From contig DCMX01000250.1 of NCBI GenBank assembly GCA_002321855.1, positions 5,692-49,161 on the forward strand: a stretch of 43,470 nt of DNA, written 5' to 3'. The DNA is from Fidelibacterota bacterium UBA1611 (lineage in GTDB: Bacteria; Fidelibacterota; Marinisomatia; Marinisomatales; UBA1611). How positions within the stretch are numbered: the first letter of the stretch is position 1; the number at the start of each line of letters is the position of its first letter. A program made the translations under genes and the position numbers. This document shows, piece by piece, positions 1 through 10,015 of this stretch. Below the pieces are notes generated by a model. It was not told the origin of the DNA. It saw only the letters and a list, made by a program, of their open reading frames with translations, and made no database searches.

Positions 1-163
1 AATATGAATCAAATTGGTAAAATATTAAAAGATCAAATTTCCGAATAGAAACAAGTAACGAAAATGCCTTTATCATAGATTTTTTCATCGTACTTTTCTC
101 TGATCTTATATTTGTCCAGATTTTTGGAGTAATTTTTGTTTTAGTTGTATATTTATTATAGCG

Positions 164-694
164 TTGGAGCGCTCGGAAATGAACTTGTTTGAAAGACAGA
201 CCACTATTAATGACAGGGCTACTGCTCTGACCTACCAAACATCAACTGTCAGTTTTGCCCTATCTGGCCTAATCAATAAAGATTATCGGTTGTCATTCAG
301 GCAAAATTTAAATTTGATATTGATCATGACAGCCCAACAGATCCATTTAATTGACCGACTATTGCATTTCCATGATCCGATAAACCGGACATCTATAATG
401 CACCGGGTCTTCATAGGACAGGCTCGTATGATCGCTGGATTATGGCCACAGTTTCATGAGAAGGGATCACTTGAATTCTTTTCTGATAAGCAACTGGAAT
501 ATTTTCAGTATAGTGATATATTATCTGATAATGAGATTCATTATCCCCGTCATTCGTTACTATGGGAATATGGTGAAGAGATTGCCAAAACATCGGATCA
601 GTCAAAAAACCACAGCATTATACTGCTTACTTCAGAGACCTATAGATACTCCTATATTGATAATTCAGACATGATGCATTTTATCTATGGTTGA
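164..694 (+). CDS. hypothetical protein (TTG at 164; ATG at 179 is a more likely start)
   Basis: Only long ORF on this stretch. I recognise no motif in it. The antisense and overlapping ORFs here are shorter. Confidence 0.35.
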   Translation: MERSEMNLFERQTTINDRATALTYQTSTVSFALSGLINKDYRLSFRQNLNLILIMTAQQIHLIDRLLHFHDPINRTSIMHRVFIGQARMIAGLWPQFHEKGSLEFFSDKQLEYFQYSDILSDNEIHYPRHSLLWEYGEEIAKTSDQSKNHSIILLTSETYRYSYIDNSDMMHFIYG

Positions 695-726
695 GAAAAT
701 GATGAAACCAAATATCTGATCAAATC

Positions 727-1938
727 ATGTCAAAAAAGATGACAATCAAAATAAAACACAGTTTTTTCCTATTAGTAGTATTTCTGTATATCACCCATAC
801 CGAAGTAACTGCCCAACCCCAAAAGGTCATGTTTCACAGATTAACTGAAAAGAAAGGTTTGACCTATGCGCCTGGTCAGAAAAAACCTTTTACGGGTACA
901 GTTTTTGCAAATTATAAGAACAAGGGTAGAAAATTAAGGGGTAATTATAAGAATGGTCTGCGCCATGGTCTCTGGACCCACTGGAATGATGAAGGTAAAA
1001 AAGAGAGAGAAGAATCCTATAAACAAGGAAAAAAGGATGGTAACTGGACCTACTTTGATGAGAATGGGATAAGAGAAAGTACCGAGACCTATCTTAAAGG
1101 AAAACCCAGTGGAAAGCTGACCTATTTTTATTCGAATGGTAACAGAGAAAAAGAAGAATTTTATCTAAAGGGTAATCGAGAAGGGAAATGGACCGATTGG
1201 TATGAGAACGGGAAAAAGGAGAAGGAAGAATTCTATAGCAAAGATAAAAAGAATGGAAAATGGACATACTATAATGAGAAAGGACGTCGTGAAAGTATAG
1301 TATCCTATAAAAACGATCTAAGAGATGGAAGGTCAACTTATTGGTATGGGAGTGGAAATAGGAAGGAACGAGAAGAAAACTGGCGTCAGGACCGAGAAAA
1401 TGGATTATGGACCTGGTGGAATGCAAGAGGAAGGAAAATAAAGGAGGGCAGTTACAAGGATGGACAGAAACATGGTATTTGGGCCATCTATGATAGTCGG
1501 GGCAGAAAAATGGAAGAAAATCAATGGAAAAATGGGGAACTATCGGGGAAGTCTTTCCAGTGGGACCAAAGAGGAAACAAAATAGTTCTCAAAAGTTTTA
1601 AAGCCGATGAAAAAAATGGATTATGGACCTGGTGGTCCAAAAGTGGTAGAAAACAAAAAGAAGGCAATTACAAAATTGGACAGAAACATGGTACCTGGAC
1701 CTTTTTTTACCCGAATGGAAAGAAAAAAAGAGTGGAGAATTATTGGAATGACAAAAAACATGGTAAACTGACGGTATGGTATGAGACTGGCCAAAAAGAA
1801 AGGAATGAATCTTACCGGAACGATAAAAAACATGGTAAGTGGATCTATTGGTATGGAAATGGGAAATTAGAAAAAGAAGAGGAATATAAAAATGGTGTCC
1901 AGACCGGTGGCAAGCATTATGACTATTTTGGGGAATAA
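727..1938 (+). CDS. MORN-variant (YwqK-like) repeat protein with N-terminal signal peptide
   Basis: About 15 tandem 23-24 aa units of the form G-x-W-T-x-W/Y-x-x-G-x-K-x-x-E-x-x-Y-K-x-G-x-K-x-G. A hydrophobic N-terminus (FFLLVVFLYITHTEVTA) precedes them. Confidence 0.75.
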   Translation: MSKKMTIKIKHSFFLLVVFLYITHTEVTAQPQKVMFHRLTEKKGLTYAPGQKKPFTGTVFANYKNKGRKLRGNYKNGLRHGLWTHWNDEGKKEREESYKQGKKDGNWTYFDENGIRESTETYLKGKPSGKLTYFYSNGNREKEEFYLKGNREGKWTDWYENGKKEKEEFYSKDKKNGKWTYYNEKGRRESIVSYKNDLRDGRSTYWYGSGNRKEREENWRQDRENGLWTWWNARGRKIKEGSYKDGQKHGIWAIYDSRGRKMEENQWKNGELSGKSFQWDQRGNKIVLKSFKADEKNGLWTWWSKSGRKQKEGNYKIGQKHGTWTFFYPNGKKKRVENYWNDKKHGKLTVWYETGQKERNESYRNDKKHGKWIYWYGNGKLEKEEEYKNGVQTGGKHYDYFGE

Positions 1939-2031
1939 AGTATAATATTCTATTAAATATCTACAAATCGATCCTAAATAACGCCATCCCACTAAAGTGG
2001 TTTAGAGCAGTTCGCACTGGTCATAAATAAT

Positions 2032-3180
2032 ATGAAATTAAAGGCTCAATTAACGGAATACATCCATAGGGGACGTATGCTCCGATATATCACTGCAGCT
2101 CTTATGACCATTAGTATACTGATAGCTCACGACCGTGATAATAGGGCTATTGAGTTTCCCAATATCCCTGAATATCTTACCCTAAAATGTGATCTTCATA
2201 TGCACACAGTATTCTCCGATGGTAGTGTCTGGCCAGATATTCGTGTGGAAGAGGCTGTAAGGGATGGGTTGGATGCTATTGCCACTACAGAGCATTTGGA
2301 ATATCAGCCTTGGAGAAATGATATTCCTCATCCTGACCGTAACCGATCACACCAGTTAGCGAGTTATTTTTCCCGAGATGAAAACCTAATGGTCATCAAT
2401 GGGTCTGAGATAACAAGATCAATGCCCCCAGGACATGCCAATGCTATTTTCATAGAAGATGCTAATCGATTGATCTTAGATGACCCTTTGGATGTTTTTC
2501 AGGAGGCCCGAAGGCAGGGTGCATTCATATTCTGGAATCACCCACACTGGATCAGTCAATCGCCTGATGCCCTGGTTCCTTTATCCAATATCCATAAGGA
2601 ATTGATTCGTGATGGTCTCTTGGAGGGGATAGAGGTTGTGAATGATACGACCTATTCTGATGAGGCTCTGCAGATTGCCTTGGACCATAACCTGACAATC
2701 CTGGGTACATCTGATATTCATGGGATCGTAGACTGGCAGTACAAGATCCCAGATAGTGGGCATCGTCCGGTTACCCTGGTGTTCTCCCGCGAACGTACCG
2801 CTCGATCCATCAAACAAGGATTAAAGAATCGACGCACTGTAGTATGGTTCAATAACCTTCTGATCGGTAGGGAAGAATATATCCTACCTTTGATAAATGA
2901 ATGTCTTGACATTACAGCAGTAAGGTACCGTAAAGGGTCCTCTGTTGTGTCTGTTACAATTTCTAACCATTCAGATGCGGAGTTTGTTATGAGAAATCTT
3001 TCACAATTTAACTTTTATGCTGATGCGGATCTGGTCACTATTCCGCCCCATGGAGAAAAAATATTGGAAGTAAAAACACTTAGAAGTCCTTCTAAATTTG
3101 AACTGCGATTCAGTGTTCTAAATGCTATCACCGCGCCAGGGATCCATCCAGAGATAACATTGCTAGTGAACAGGCGATGA
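2032..3180 (+). CDS. PHP-domain phosphoesterase (Sb-PDE-like phosphodiesterase)
   Basis: PHP metal-binding motif CDLHMHTVFSDG, later TEH and SDIHG motifs, an N-terminal hydrophobic segment and a C-terminal beta-rich extension. Confidence 0.7.
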   Translation: MKLKAQLTEYIHRGRMLRYITAALMTISILIAHDRDNRAIEFPNIPEYLTLKCDLHMHTVFSDGSVWPDIRVEEAVRDGLDAIATTEHLEYQPWRNDIPHPDRNRSHQLASYFSRDENLMVINGSEITRSMPPGHANAIFIEDANRLILDDPLDVFQEARRQGAFIFWNHPHWISQSPDALVPLSNIHKELIRDGLLEGIEVVNDTTYSDEALQIALDHNLTILGTSDIHGIVDWQYKIPDSGHRPVTLVFSRERTARSIKQGLKNRRTVVWFNNLLIGREEYILPLINECLDITAVRYRKGSSVVSVTISNHSDAEFVMRNLSQFNFYADADLVTIPPHGEKILEVKTLRSPSKFELRFSVLNAITAPGIHPEITLLVNRR

Positions 3181-3260
3181 ACATTCTCTTTTATTGGATA
3201 ATGTTCAATATACGTTCCTTGTGAGATCACGATATGGTGTTTTACATTTGGTACTCTTAA

Positions 3261-3731
3261 ATGCCGAACTTTACTTTATATATCAATGGGAAAGAGCGCC
3301 AGATCAACTTGGATGGGAGCACTCCACTTTTATGGGTTCTTCGGGATGAATTAGATCTTACTGGCACAAAATATGGTTGCGGAAAAGGGCTTTGTGGGGC
3401 CTGTACCGTACACATAAATGGAGAACCGACCCGCTCCTGTATCACCGCGGTTGATACCGTGGATGAGGAAGATATCACAACCATAGAAGGTCTACAACAG
3501 GGTGATATCTTTCACCCTGTCCAAAAAGCCTGGATAGCAGAGGATGTACCTCAGTGCGGGTATTGCCAGTCTGGACAGATAATGGTTGCGACAGCTTTGC
3601 TGGTTCGTAAACCAGACCCAACTGATGATGATATTGATTCCGCAATGAAAATGAATATTTGTCGCTGCGGAACCTATCAGCGAATACGTAAGGCCGTACA
3701 CCATGCTGCAGGAGAGATCAGACGTGGCTGA
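3261..3731 (+). CDS. iorA: (2Fe-2S)-binding small subunit of an aldehyde oxidase / isoquinoline 1-oxidoreductase-type molybdoenzyme
   Basis: Two [2Fe-2S] cysteine clusters: [13 protein letters not shown], and [10 protein letters not shown] followed by CRCGTYQRI. Confidence 0.9.
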   Translation: MPNFTLYINGKERQINLDGSTPLLWVLRDELDLTGTKYGCGKGLCGACTVHINGEPTRSCITAVDTVDEEDITTIEGLQQGDIFHPVQKAWIAEDVPQCGYCQSGQIMVATALLVRKPDPTDDDIDSAMKMNICRCGTYQRIRKAVHHAAGEIRRG

Positions 3732-5856
3732 CAAAATTATTGTTAACCGCAGGGATTTCATTAAAACTGCTACCGTTGCAGGTGCCGGACTTGTGATTGG
3801 ATTTCATTTACCGTTTCGGAATCGCTTACAGGCAGCCAGTGTAGGTCTTGAAAGGTCATTTGCTCCAAATGCTTGGATTATTGTACGGCCTGATGATCAG
3901 GTCGTTTTCAAGGTGACAAAATCAGAAATGGGGCAGGGGGTATGGACCTCATTGCCAATGATCATCGCTGAAGAGATGGATCTTGACTGGTCCACTATTA
4001 GGGTTGAACAGGCATTGGAGTCTGAAGGTACCGGCGGCAGTAGATCCATACGGGGTTTGTGGACACCTTTGCGCAAGGCTGGAGCAAAAGCCAAGGATAT
4101 GCTTCTTGAAGCCGCCGCGCAGAAATGGAAGGTCGGGAAAAATGAATGTGTTTCAGAGAATGGAACGGTACACCACAAGCCTACGGGAAAGAAAATTAGA
4201 TATGGGGATCTTGCAATAGCTGCTTCCAAACTGCCGATACCATATAGAGTACCACTTAAAGATCCTTCTGATTTTAAGCTGATCGGAACTGACGCATTAC
4301 GCATTGACACACCCTTGAAAATAAATGGCCGAGCGCAGTTTGCCATGGATGTAAACATAGAAGGAATGGTCTATGCTTTTGTTGTACGCTGTCCGATCTT
4401 TGGAGGTACACTTGGTTCCATAGATAAGCGTAGGGCACTATCAATAAACGGAGTTCTTGATATTTTTGAGGTCTCGAATGGTGTTGCAATTGTTGGTTCG
4501 ACCACATGGGCTGCGCTACAGGGCAGAAAGGTGCTCGATATAAGTTGGAAGGAGGGGACAGCGGCAGATCTGAACAGCGATTCCATTGATAGATTATTTA
4601 AAGAACAAGGTAAGAAAAAAGCTGCTAAAGGTAGAAATGATGGTAACACAAAACGGGCTCTAAGAAATGCAGAAACTGTTGTTGAAGCGGTCTATCAGGT
4701 ACCATTCCAGGCTCATGCTGCTATGGAACCGATGAACTGTGTTGTTGATGTCCAGCCAGACCGATGCCGGTTGTGGGCACCGACCCAGTCGCCTGGAGAT
4801 GCCCGAAAACAAGCTTCAGAGATCACGGGGCTTCCAAAGGAAAAAATTGATGTCAATGTAACTTTTCTCGGTGGCAGTTTTGGCCGCCGCTCGTTCAATG
4901 ATTTCATTAGTGATGCGCTGGAAGTCTCCTATCACATGAAAAGACCCGTCAAACTTATCTGGATGCGGGAAGATGATATGCGCCATGATTATTATCGCCC
5001 TGCCAGTCGACATATCATGGCTGGAGGTCTGAGTAAGGATGGAAAGCTTGAAGCATGGAAACACCGTGTTGTTGCCCCATCTATCCTTTTCGGACAAATG
5101 TTCAAATATCCTATTCCTCTAAAGGATAAATTAGATATTATTGCACTTGAAGGTGCCAAGAATGTTGCTTATGCGATTCCCAATATACGTGTGGAGTATA
5201 GATCTGCTAACACTGCAGTACCTGTAGGGTGGTGGCGTTCCGTGTATGATTCGCAGAACGCCTATGCGAACGAATGCTTCATGGATGAGCTAGCTGAGTC
5301 AGCAGGCCAGGATCCGTTACAATTTCGCCTTACCTATCTTACAAACTCACCCCGTGATACTGAGGTTTTGAAAATGGTGGCCAAAAAGGTGAATTGGGGG
5401 CAGAAACTATCCAATGGAAGATCTCAGGGGCTGGCATGTCATGCATCATTCAGATCACACGTAGCTCAGGTGGCGGAGGTATCCGTGAATAGTAAAGGAA
5501 TGATAAGGGTACACCGTGTTGTGTGCGCCATTGATTGCGGGCAAGTGGTTAATCCTTCAATTGTCCGTTCACAGATAGAAAGTTCAATTGTTTATGGGTT
5601 ATCCGCGGCTTTGAAGGGCGAGATCACTATTGAGAATGGTGGTGTTGTCCAGGGGAATTTCCATGAATTTGAGGTTCTTCGTTTTCATGAGATGCCAAAG
5701 GTCGAGGTATATATTGTTAAAAGTGATGAGCACCCTGGAGGCGTTGGCGAACCAGGCCTACCACCGATCGCTCCAGCAATAGCCAATGCCGTGTTTTCTG
5801 CAACCGGGAAACGGATCCGGAAATTGCCAATCAAACCTGAAGATCTAAGGTCCTGA
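3703..5856 (+). CDS. iorB: molybdopterin-binding large subunit (isoquinoline 1-oxidoreductase beta-like) with Tat signal
   Basis: Twin-arginine motif [16 protein letters not shown] and xanthine dehydrogenase-family length and motifs. The start overlaps iorA; GTG at 3724 is an alternative start. Confidence 0.9.
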   Translation: MLQERSDVADKIIVNRRDFIKTATVAGAGLVIGFHLPFRNRLQAASVGLERSFAPNAWIIVRPDDQVVFKVTKSEMGQGVWTSLPMIIAEEMDLDWSTIRVEQALESEGTGGSRSIRGLWTPLRKAGAKAKDMLLEAAAQKWKVGKNECVSENGTVHHKPTGKKIRYGDLAIAASKLPIPYRVPLKDPSDFKLIGTDALRIDTPLKINGRAQFAMDVNIEGMVYAFVVRCPIFGGTLGSIDKRRALSINGVLDIFEVSNGVAIVGSTTWAALQGRKVLDISWKEGTAADLNSDSIDRLFKEQGKKKAAKGRNDGNTKRALRNAETVVEAVYQVPFQAHAAMEPMNCVVDVQPDRCRLWAPTQSPGDARKQASEITGLPKEKIDVNVTFLGGSFGRRSFNDFISDALEVSYHMKRPVKLIWMREDDMRHDYYRPASRHIMAGGLSKDGKLEAWKHRVVAPSILFGQMFKYPIPLKDKLDIIALEGAKNVAYAIPNIRVEYRSANTAVPVGWWRSVYDSQNAYANECFMDELAESAGQDPLQFRLTYLTNSPRDTEVLKMVAKKVNWGQKLSNGRSQGLACHASFRSHVAQVAEVSVNSKGMIRVHRVVCAIDCGQVVNPSIVRSQIESSIVYGLSAALKGEITIENGGVVQGNFHEFEVLRFHEMPKVEVYIVKSDEHPGGVGEPGLPPIAPAIANAVFSATGKRIRKLPIKPEDLRS

Positions 5857-5906
5857 TAAATAAGATCCTCGCTATCTTTTCTGTATTATTGTTGGGATGT
5901 GAACAT

Positions 5907-7574
5907 ATGTCAGAATCCAAATTAAAATTTATTATTGACTATCCTAGGGAAGATGATGGAACATTGGTGGAAGGTCGCATATTGCTTTTTTTAGGACGCA
6001 ATGGTGAAAAAGAACCTCGTTACCAGATCAACGATAAGGCCGGAACAGCCATGGTATTTGGGATTGATGCCATTGGGGATCAACCGTCCAAAGGTGTCAC
6101 GATAGATGGAAACGTATTTGGTTATCCTTTAAAAAGTCTTGATGATATACCTGCTGGTGAATATTGGGTCCAAGGGCTGCTCCACAGATATGAGACTTTC
6201 GATCTGAAGACGGGACACACTGTTAAATTACCCATGGACCGTGGCGAAGGACAGCATTGGCATTCTGCACCGGGGAATAATTATAGTGTCCCAAAGAGGA
6301 TCTTTCTTGATCCGATCAAAGGATTTGAAATTAAGGTCCAGCTTGATCAGGAAATACCACCGATTGAGCAGCCGAATGACACCAAGTATATCAAACACGT
6401 TAGGATAAAAAGCGAATTGCTAAGTGAATTTTGGGGACGCCCCATGTATCTGGGGGCCCACGTTCTTCTTCCGGAAGGATATGAGGATCATCCCGAAGTG
6501 CGGTATCCACTTATGATCTTCCATGGACATTTTCCAAAGGACCTCGGCGGTTTTAGGATAGAACCACCAGACCCTGATCTGGAGCCAGAGTATAGCGAAC
6601 GGTTTCAATTAGAAGGGTACAACCAGATTGTACAAGATCATGATCATAGATTTTATAAAGAATGGTCAAGCCCGAAATTTCCAAGGGTCTTAGTGATAGA
6701 GATCCAGCATGCCAATCCATATTACGATGATTCCTATGCTGTTAATTCAGCGAACCTGGGCCCTTACGGTGACGCCATCACTTATGAACTGATACCATAT
6801 ATAGAAAAGAATTTTCGGGGCATTGGTGAAGGCTGGTCCCGTTTTCTCTATGGCGGTTCAACCGGTGGATGGGAAGCTTTGGCTGTACAGATTTTCTATC
6901 CTGATGAGTACAATGGGTGTTATGCTGCTTGTCCGGACCCTATTGATTTTCGAGCATATTGCCTGGTAAATATTTACGAAGATAAGAACGCTTATTATAC
7001 TGGTCCTGTATTCAAGCGTGTTCCACGACCTGGTCACAGGAATTACCTTGGGGAGTTGGATGCAACACTGGAGCAGATGAACCATAAGGAACTGGCTTTG
7101 GGAACGCGGAGCCGTTCTGGGGATCAGTGGGACATCTGGGATGCAGTATATGGTCCCATGGGGCCCGATGGATACCCCCAGCCTGTTTGGGATAAGCTTA
7201 CAGGGGTCATTGACCATAATGTAGCGGACTACTGGCGAGAAAATTATGATCTAAGGTATATCCTGGAACGTGACTGGGTGAAGCTTGGGCCCAAGCTGGA
7301 AGGCAAGATCCATGTGTATTGCGGAGATATGGATAATTATTATCTCAATAACGCTGTGTACCTTATGGAGGAATTCTTGGAGGGTACAAAGGAGCCCTAT
7401 TATAATGGTGAAGTGGATTACGGTGACCGTGCGGAACATTGCTGGAATGGTGATCACACCCGGCCAAATGCCATTTCCAGGCTGCGATATAACCAGATGT
7501 TCATCAAGAAAGCGGTAGAGCGTATGGAAAAGACCGCTCCATCTGATGCTGATCTTAAAAGCTGGCGCTACTAA
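5907..7574 (+). CDS. esterase-like alpha/beta hydrolase (putative-esterase / Fes-like family)
   Basis: Nucleophile elbow GGSTGGWEAL (G-x-S-x-G) after a roughly 300-aa N-terminal beta-rich region. ORF opens at TTG 5889; ATG at 5907 preferred. Confidence 0.6.
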   Translation: MSESKLKFIIDYPREDDGTLVEGRILLFLGRNGEKEPRYQINDKAGTAMVFGIDAIGDQPSKGVTIDGNVFGYPLKSLDDIPAGEYWVQGLLHRYETFDLKTGHTVKLPMDRGEGQHWHSAPGNNYSVPKRIFLDPIKGFEIKVQLDQEIPPIEQPNDTKYIKHVRIKSELLSEFWGRPMYLGAHVLLPEGYEDHPEVRYPLMIFHGHFPKDLGGFRIEPPDPDLEPEYSERFQLEGYNQIVQDHDHRFYKEWSSPKFPRVLVIEIQHANPYYDDSYAVNSANLGPYGDAITYELIPYIEKNFRGIGEGWSRFLYGGSTGGWEALAVQIFYPDEYNGCYAACPDPIDFRAYCLVNIYEDKNAYYTGPVFKRVPRPGHRNYLGELDATLEQMNHKELALGTRSRSGDQWDIWDAVYGPMGPDGYPQPVWDKLTGVIDHNVADYWRENYDLRYILERDWVKLGPKLEGKIHVYCGDMDNYYLNNAVYLMEEFLEGTKEPYYNGEVDYGDRAEHCWNGDHTRPNAISRLRYNQMFIKKAVERMEKTAPSDADLKSWRY

Positions 7575-7638
7575 TAGGTGTCTTTCAGATCGATGATCAA
7601 TTCATCTTTATATATGTCCATTCTATTGGGCCTATGAA

Positions 7639-8286
7639 GTGACCAATAAACGAAATATACTTACCGAGATCGAATCTCGCAAGATCAGTGCAATTATCCG
7701 AACAGATGATCAGAAGCTTGCCGCAGATGCTATGAGTGCAGCAGTGAATGGAGGGTTCCGTATCGTTGAATTCACTCTTACCACTCCGGGAGCCCTTCAT
7801 CTGATCTCCGAATTCAGGAGACGAGATGACGGTCTTCTTGTAGGCGCTGGCACTGTCATGTCCATTGACCAGGCAAAAGATGCTGTAAGTGCCGGTGCAC
7901 AGTTCATTGTCTCACCAGTGTGTGATCCGGAGATAATCAGGCACGCAGTGGATCTTGATGTTGTCAGTATACCTGGCACATTTACTGCCACAGAGATGAA
8001 GACAGCACATGAACTTGGGGCTGACATGGTAAAATTATTTCCTGCACCTGCTGATATTTCTAATTTTATATCAGCAATTCTGGGACCCATGCCATATCTG
8101 AAGATCTTTCCAACCAACGGTGTGGATATTGATAATATGCTGTCAGTATTGGACTCAGGGGCTGTAGGGGTAGGATTTGTGAAGACCCTTTTCGACCCTG
8201 TAGATTTGCATAGAAATGATTTTAGAATGGTCGAAAAGAGAGCTTCAGCTATATGTGACCGGTTGACCCAGTCAGGCTCAGTTTGA
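7639..8286 (+). CDS. eda: 2-dehydro-3-deoxyphosphogluconate / 4-hydroxy-2-oxoglutarate aldolase
   Basis: KDPG-aldolase pattern: IIRTDD, GFRIVEFTLTTPGA, GAGTV, AGAQFIVSP, PGTFTATE, GADMVKLFPA. GTG start. Confidence 0.85.
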   Translation: MTNKRNILTEIESRKISAIIRTDDQKLAADAMSAAVNGGFRIVEFTLTTPGALHLISEFRRRDDGLLVGAGTVMSIDQAKDAVSAGAQFIVSPVCDPEIIRHAVDLDVVSIPGTFTATEMKTAHELGADMVKLFPAPADISNFISAILGPMPYLKIFPTNGVDIDNMLSVLDSGAVGVGFVKTLFDPVDLHRNDFRMVEKRASAICDRLTQSGSV

Positions 8287-8352
8287 ATTTTTCACATTAA
8301 TATTCATTGCTAATTAAAAAAGTTCGATCGGTCAGTTTCCCAATTCTGATAT

Positions 8353-9982
8353 TCACTCTACAGCATATTTTGGAGGGTATCTTTTGTGCCAGGAAGTTGC
8401 CTCTTGATATAGTTGAGCTATAGCTATAGCGTTGCCATCATTATAGAGGTCAGCAATAAAACTGATGCTGGTAGGATAATCCTTATTGTTGAACCCGTTT
8501 GGGAGTACTACACATAGGTGACCGGAAAGATTAGTGCGCAATAAATTATCTTCCCAAAAAGAGGGTACGACGTATACATCTATTGAATCAAAGAGTTCAT
8601 TCATTTTTTCATTTAATAATACACGAGCTCGGTTGGCCTGAATGTACTCGACCGCAGGTATATAACGGGATCTTCTGAACACATTGGGCCAGGCCATGCG
8701 CATTTGCCGCACCAGTTCATTATCCTGGTTAGTTCGGATCAATTCATCAAAGGCCGCCGCAGCCTCGACACTCAAGAGAAAGGAAAGGGCATTGGTCAGG
8801 AATTCAGGTAGTTCGATAGGTATTAGTTTGATCCCTAATGATCTTAATATATCCAGAACCTCTTTATCATTCTCGGTTGTGGCTGTATCTTCAAAAGCAG
8901 ACCCTACATAGGCGATACGTAAGTTCTCTATTTGCCTTGGTTTGGGAACTTGAAATGGAACATCCATGACCGATCTGTCAATGTTGTCAGAGCCCCGTAT
9001 GTTACTATAAATGAGTGCACAATCCGCTACAGAACGACACATGGGTCCCAGTTTATCCATTGTCCAGCTAAGTGTCATGGCTCCAGCCCGGCTCACGGTT
9101 CCAAAAGTGGGTCGTAAGCCTGACACACCATTGCGAGTAGAGGGTGTAGATTCCCATGTTTCTGACCCGATAGAAAAAACAACCAAGCCAGCCGCAGTGG
9201 CTGAACCAGGTCCTGCCGAGCTACCGCTGGAACCTTGCTCCAGATCCCAGGGGTTACGGGTCTTGCCATCGAACCATACATCACCCCAGGCCAGAGCACC
9301 TAAACTCAGCTTAGCTATCAATACTGCACCGGCTTCATCCAGTTTTTGAATGACGGTAGCGGTTTCAGCGATAACTTGGTTCTGGTAGGGTGTTGCTCCC
9401 CAAGTGGTCCGGTAGTCAGGTACCGCGAGAAGATCCTTGGCGCCCTAAGGGATGCCATGCAGTGGTCCTCGATAGTTTCCCGACTTGATTTCTTGATCTA
9501 CTCGTCTCGATCGTTCCAATGCTAATTCTTTGGTCACGGATATAACACATTCTAATTCTGACCCGAATCGTTTGACACGGTCTAAATACATGATGGTCAA
9601 TTCTTCTGATGTGACAGCTCATGTACGAATTAGATGTGCGAGCTCACCCACGGTTCATGAACGCACATTCTTCAATATCATCTGGACGGTCTGTAACAAT
9701 TTCCTGAAATTGGTATTGATCATTGCCAGTAGGGAACTGGAGTCCGGACGACCGAGGCAGGGAATAGAGTGGAAATGTCACATGATTGGGTAGTTCCAGT
9801 TTATGCAGATCTTTATACTGTCCACGAAGTTCAATAAGACCTGGTAAGATGGAACCCCTTTCCGAATCTGTGAACTATAGACCCATTAGTTTCTCGGCAC
9901 TTTGTAAATGTTGTTTTACAATTTTCTCTGGATCACTACAAGAGATAATGACCAATAGCGATAAAATTGAATATTTCTTCAT
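8353..9982 (-). pseudogene. lipoprotein amidase (amidase-signature family), disrupted
   Basis: Manual minus-strand translation gives MKKYSILSLLVIISCSDPEK (lipobox) and then ...AEKLMGL*FTDSERG, with TAG at 9875-9877. Next comes ...DDIEECAFM, where a frame change falls at about 9644-9660, followed by TVGELAHLIRT*AVTSEEL with TGA at 9619-9621. Then ...YRGPLHGIP*GAKDLLAV has TAG at 9445-9447, at a position I recall as usually aromatic (Trp or Tyr) in amidases. The amidase signature GSSGSSAGPGSATAAGL...GSETWES follows. Start 9982 and the downstream frame (9321) differ by 1 nt modulo 3. Confidence 0.8.
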
Positions 9983-10015
9983 GCTGATATCCTTTTTTCA
10001 CTTAAAAGCTTTACA

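Noticed and set aside
1-48. A possible 3' end of an upstream + strand gene (...NMNQIGKILKDQISE*).
   Set aside because: Only 15 codons are visible, which cannot support a call.
3897-4358. Long antisense or shadow ORFs inside real genes (for example 3897-4358 -, 10839-11276 +, 29223-29675 +, 34897-35283 -, 38615-38989 -).
   Set aside because: Each lies entirely opposite a gene with strong family motifs, and their translations are compositionally odd. They are typical shadow frames.
9445-9877. In-frame TAG/TGA codons in the amidase as possible stop-codon recoding (alternative code, Sec or Pyl).
   Set aside because: No other gene in 43 kb needs read-through. Both TAG and TGA are affected, and a frameshift is present as well. 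Ordinary pseudogene decay explains all of this.
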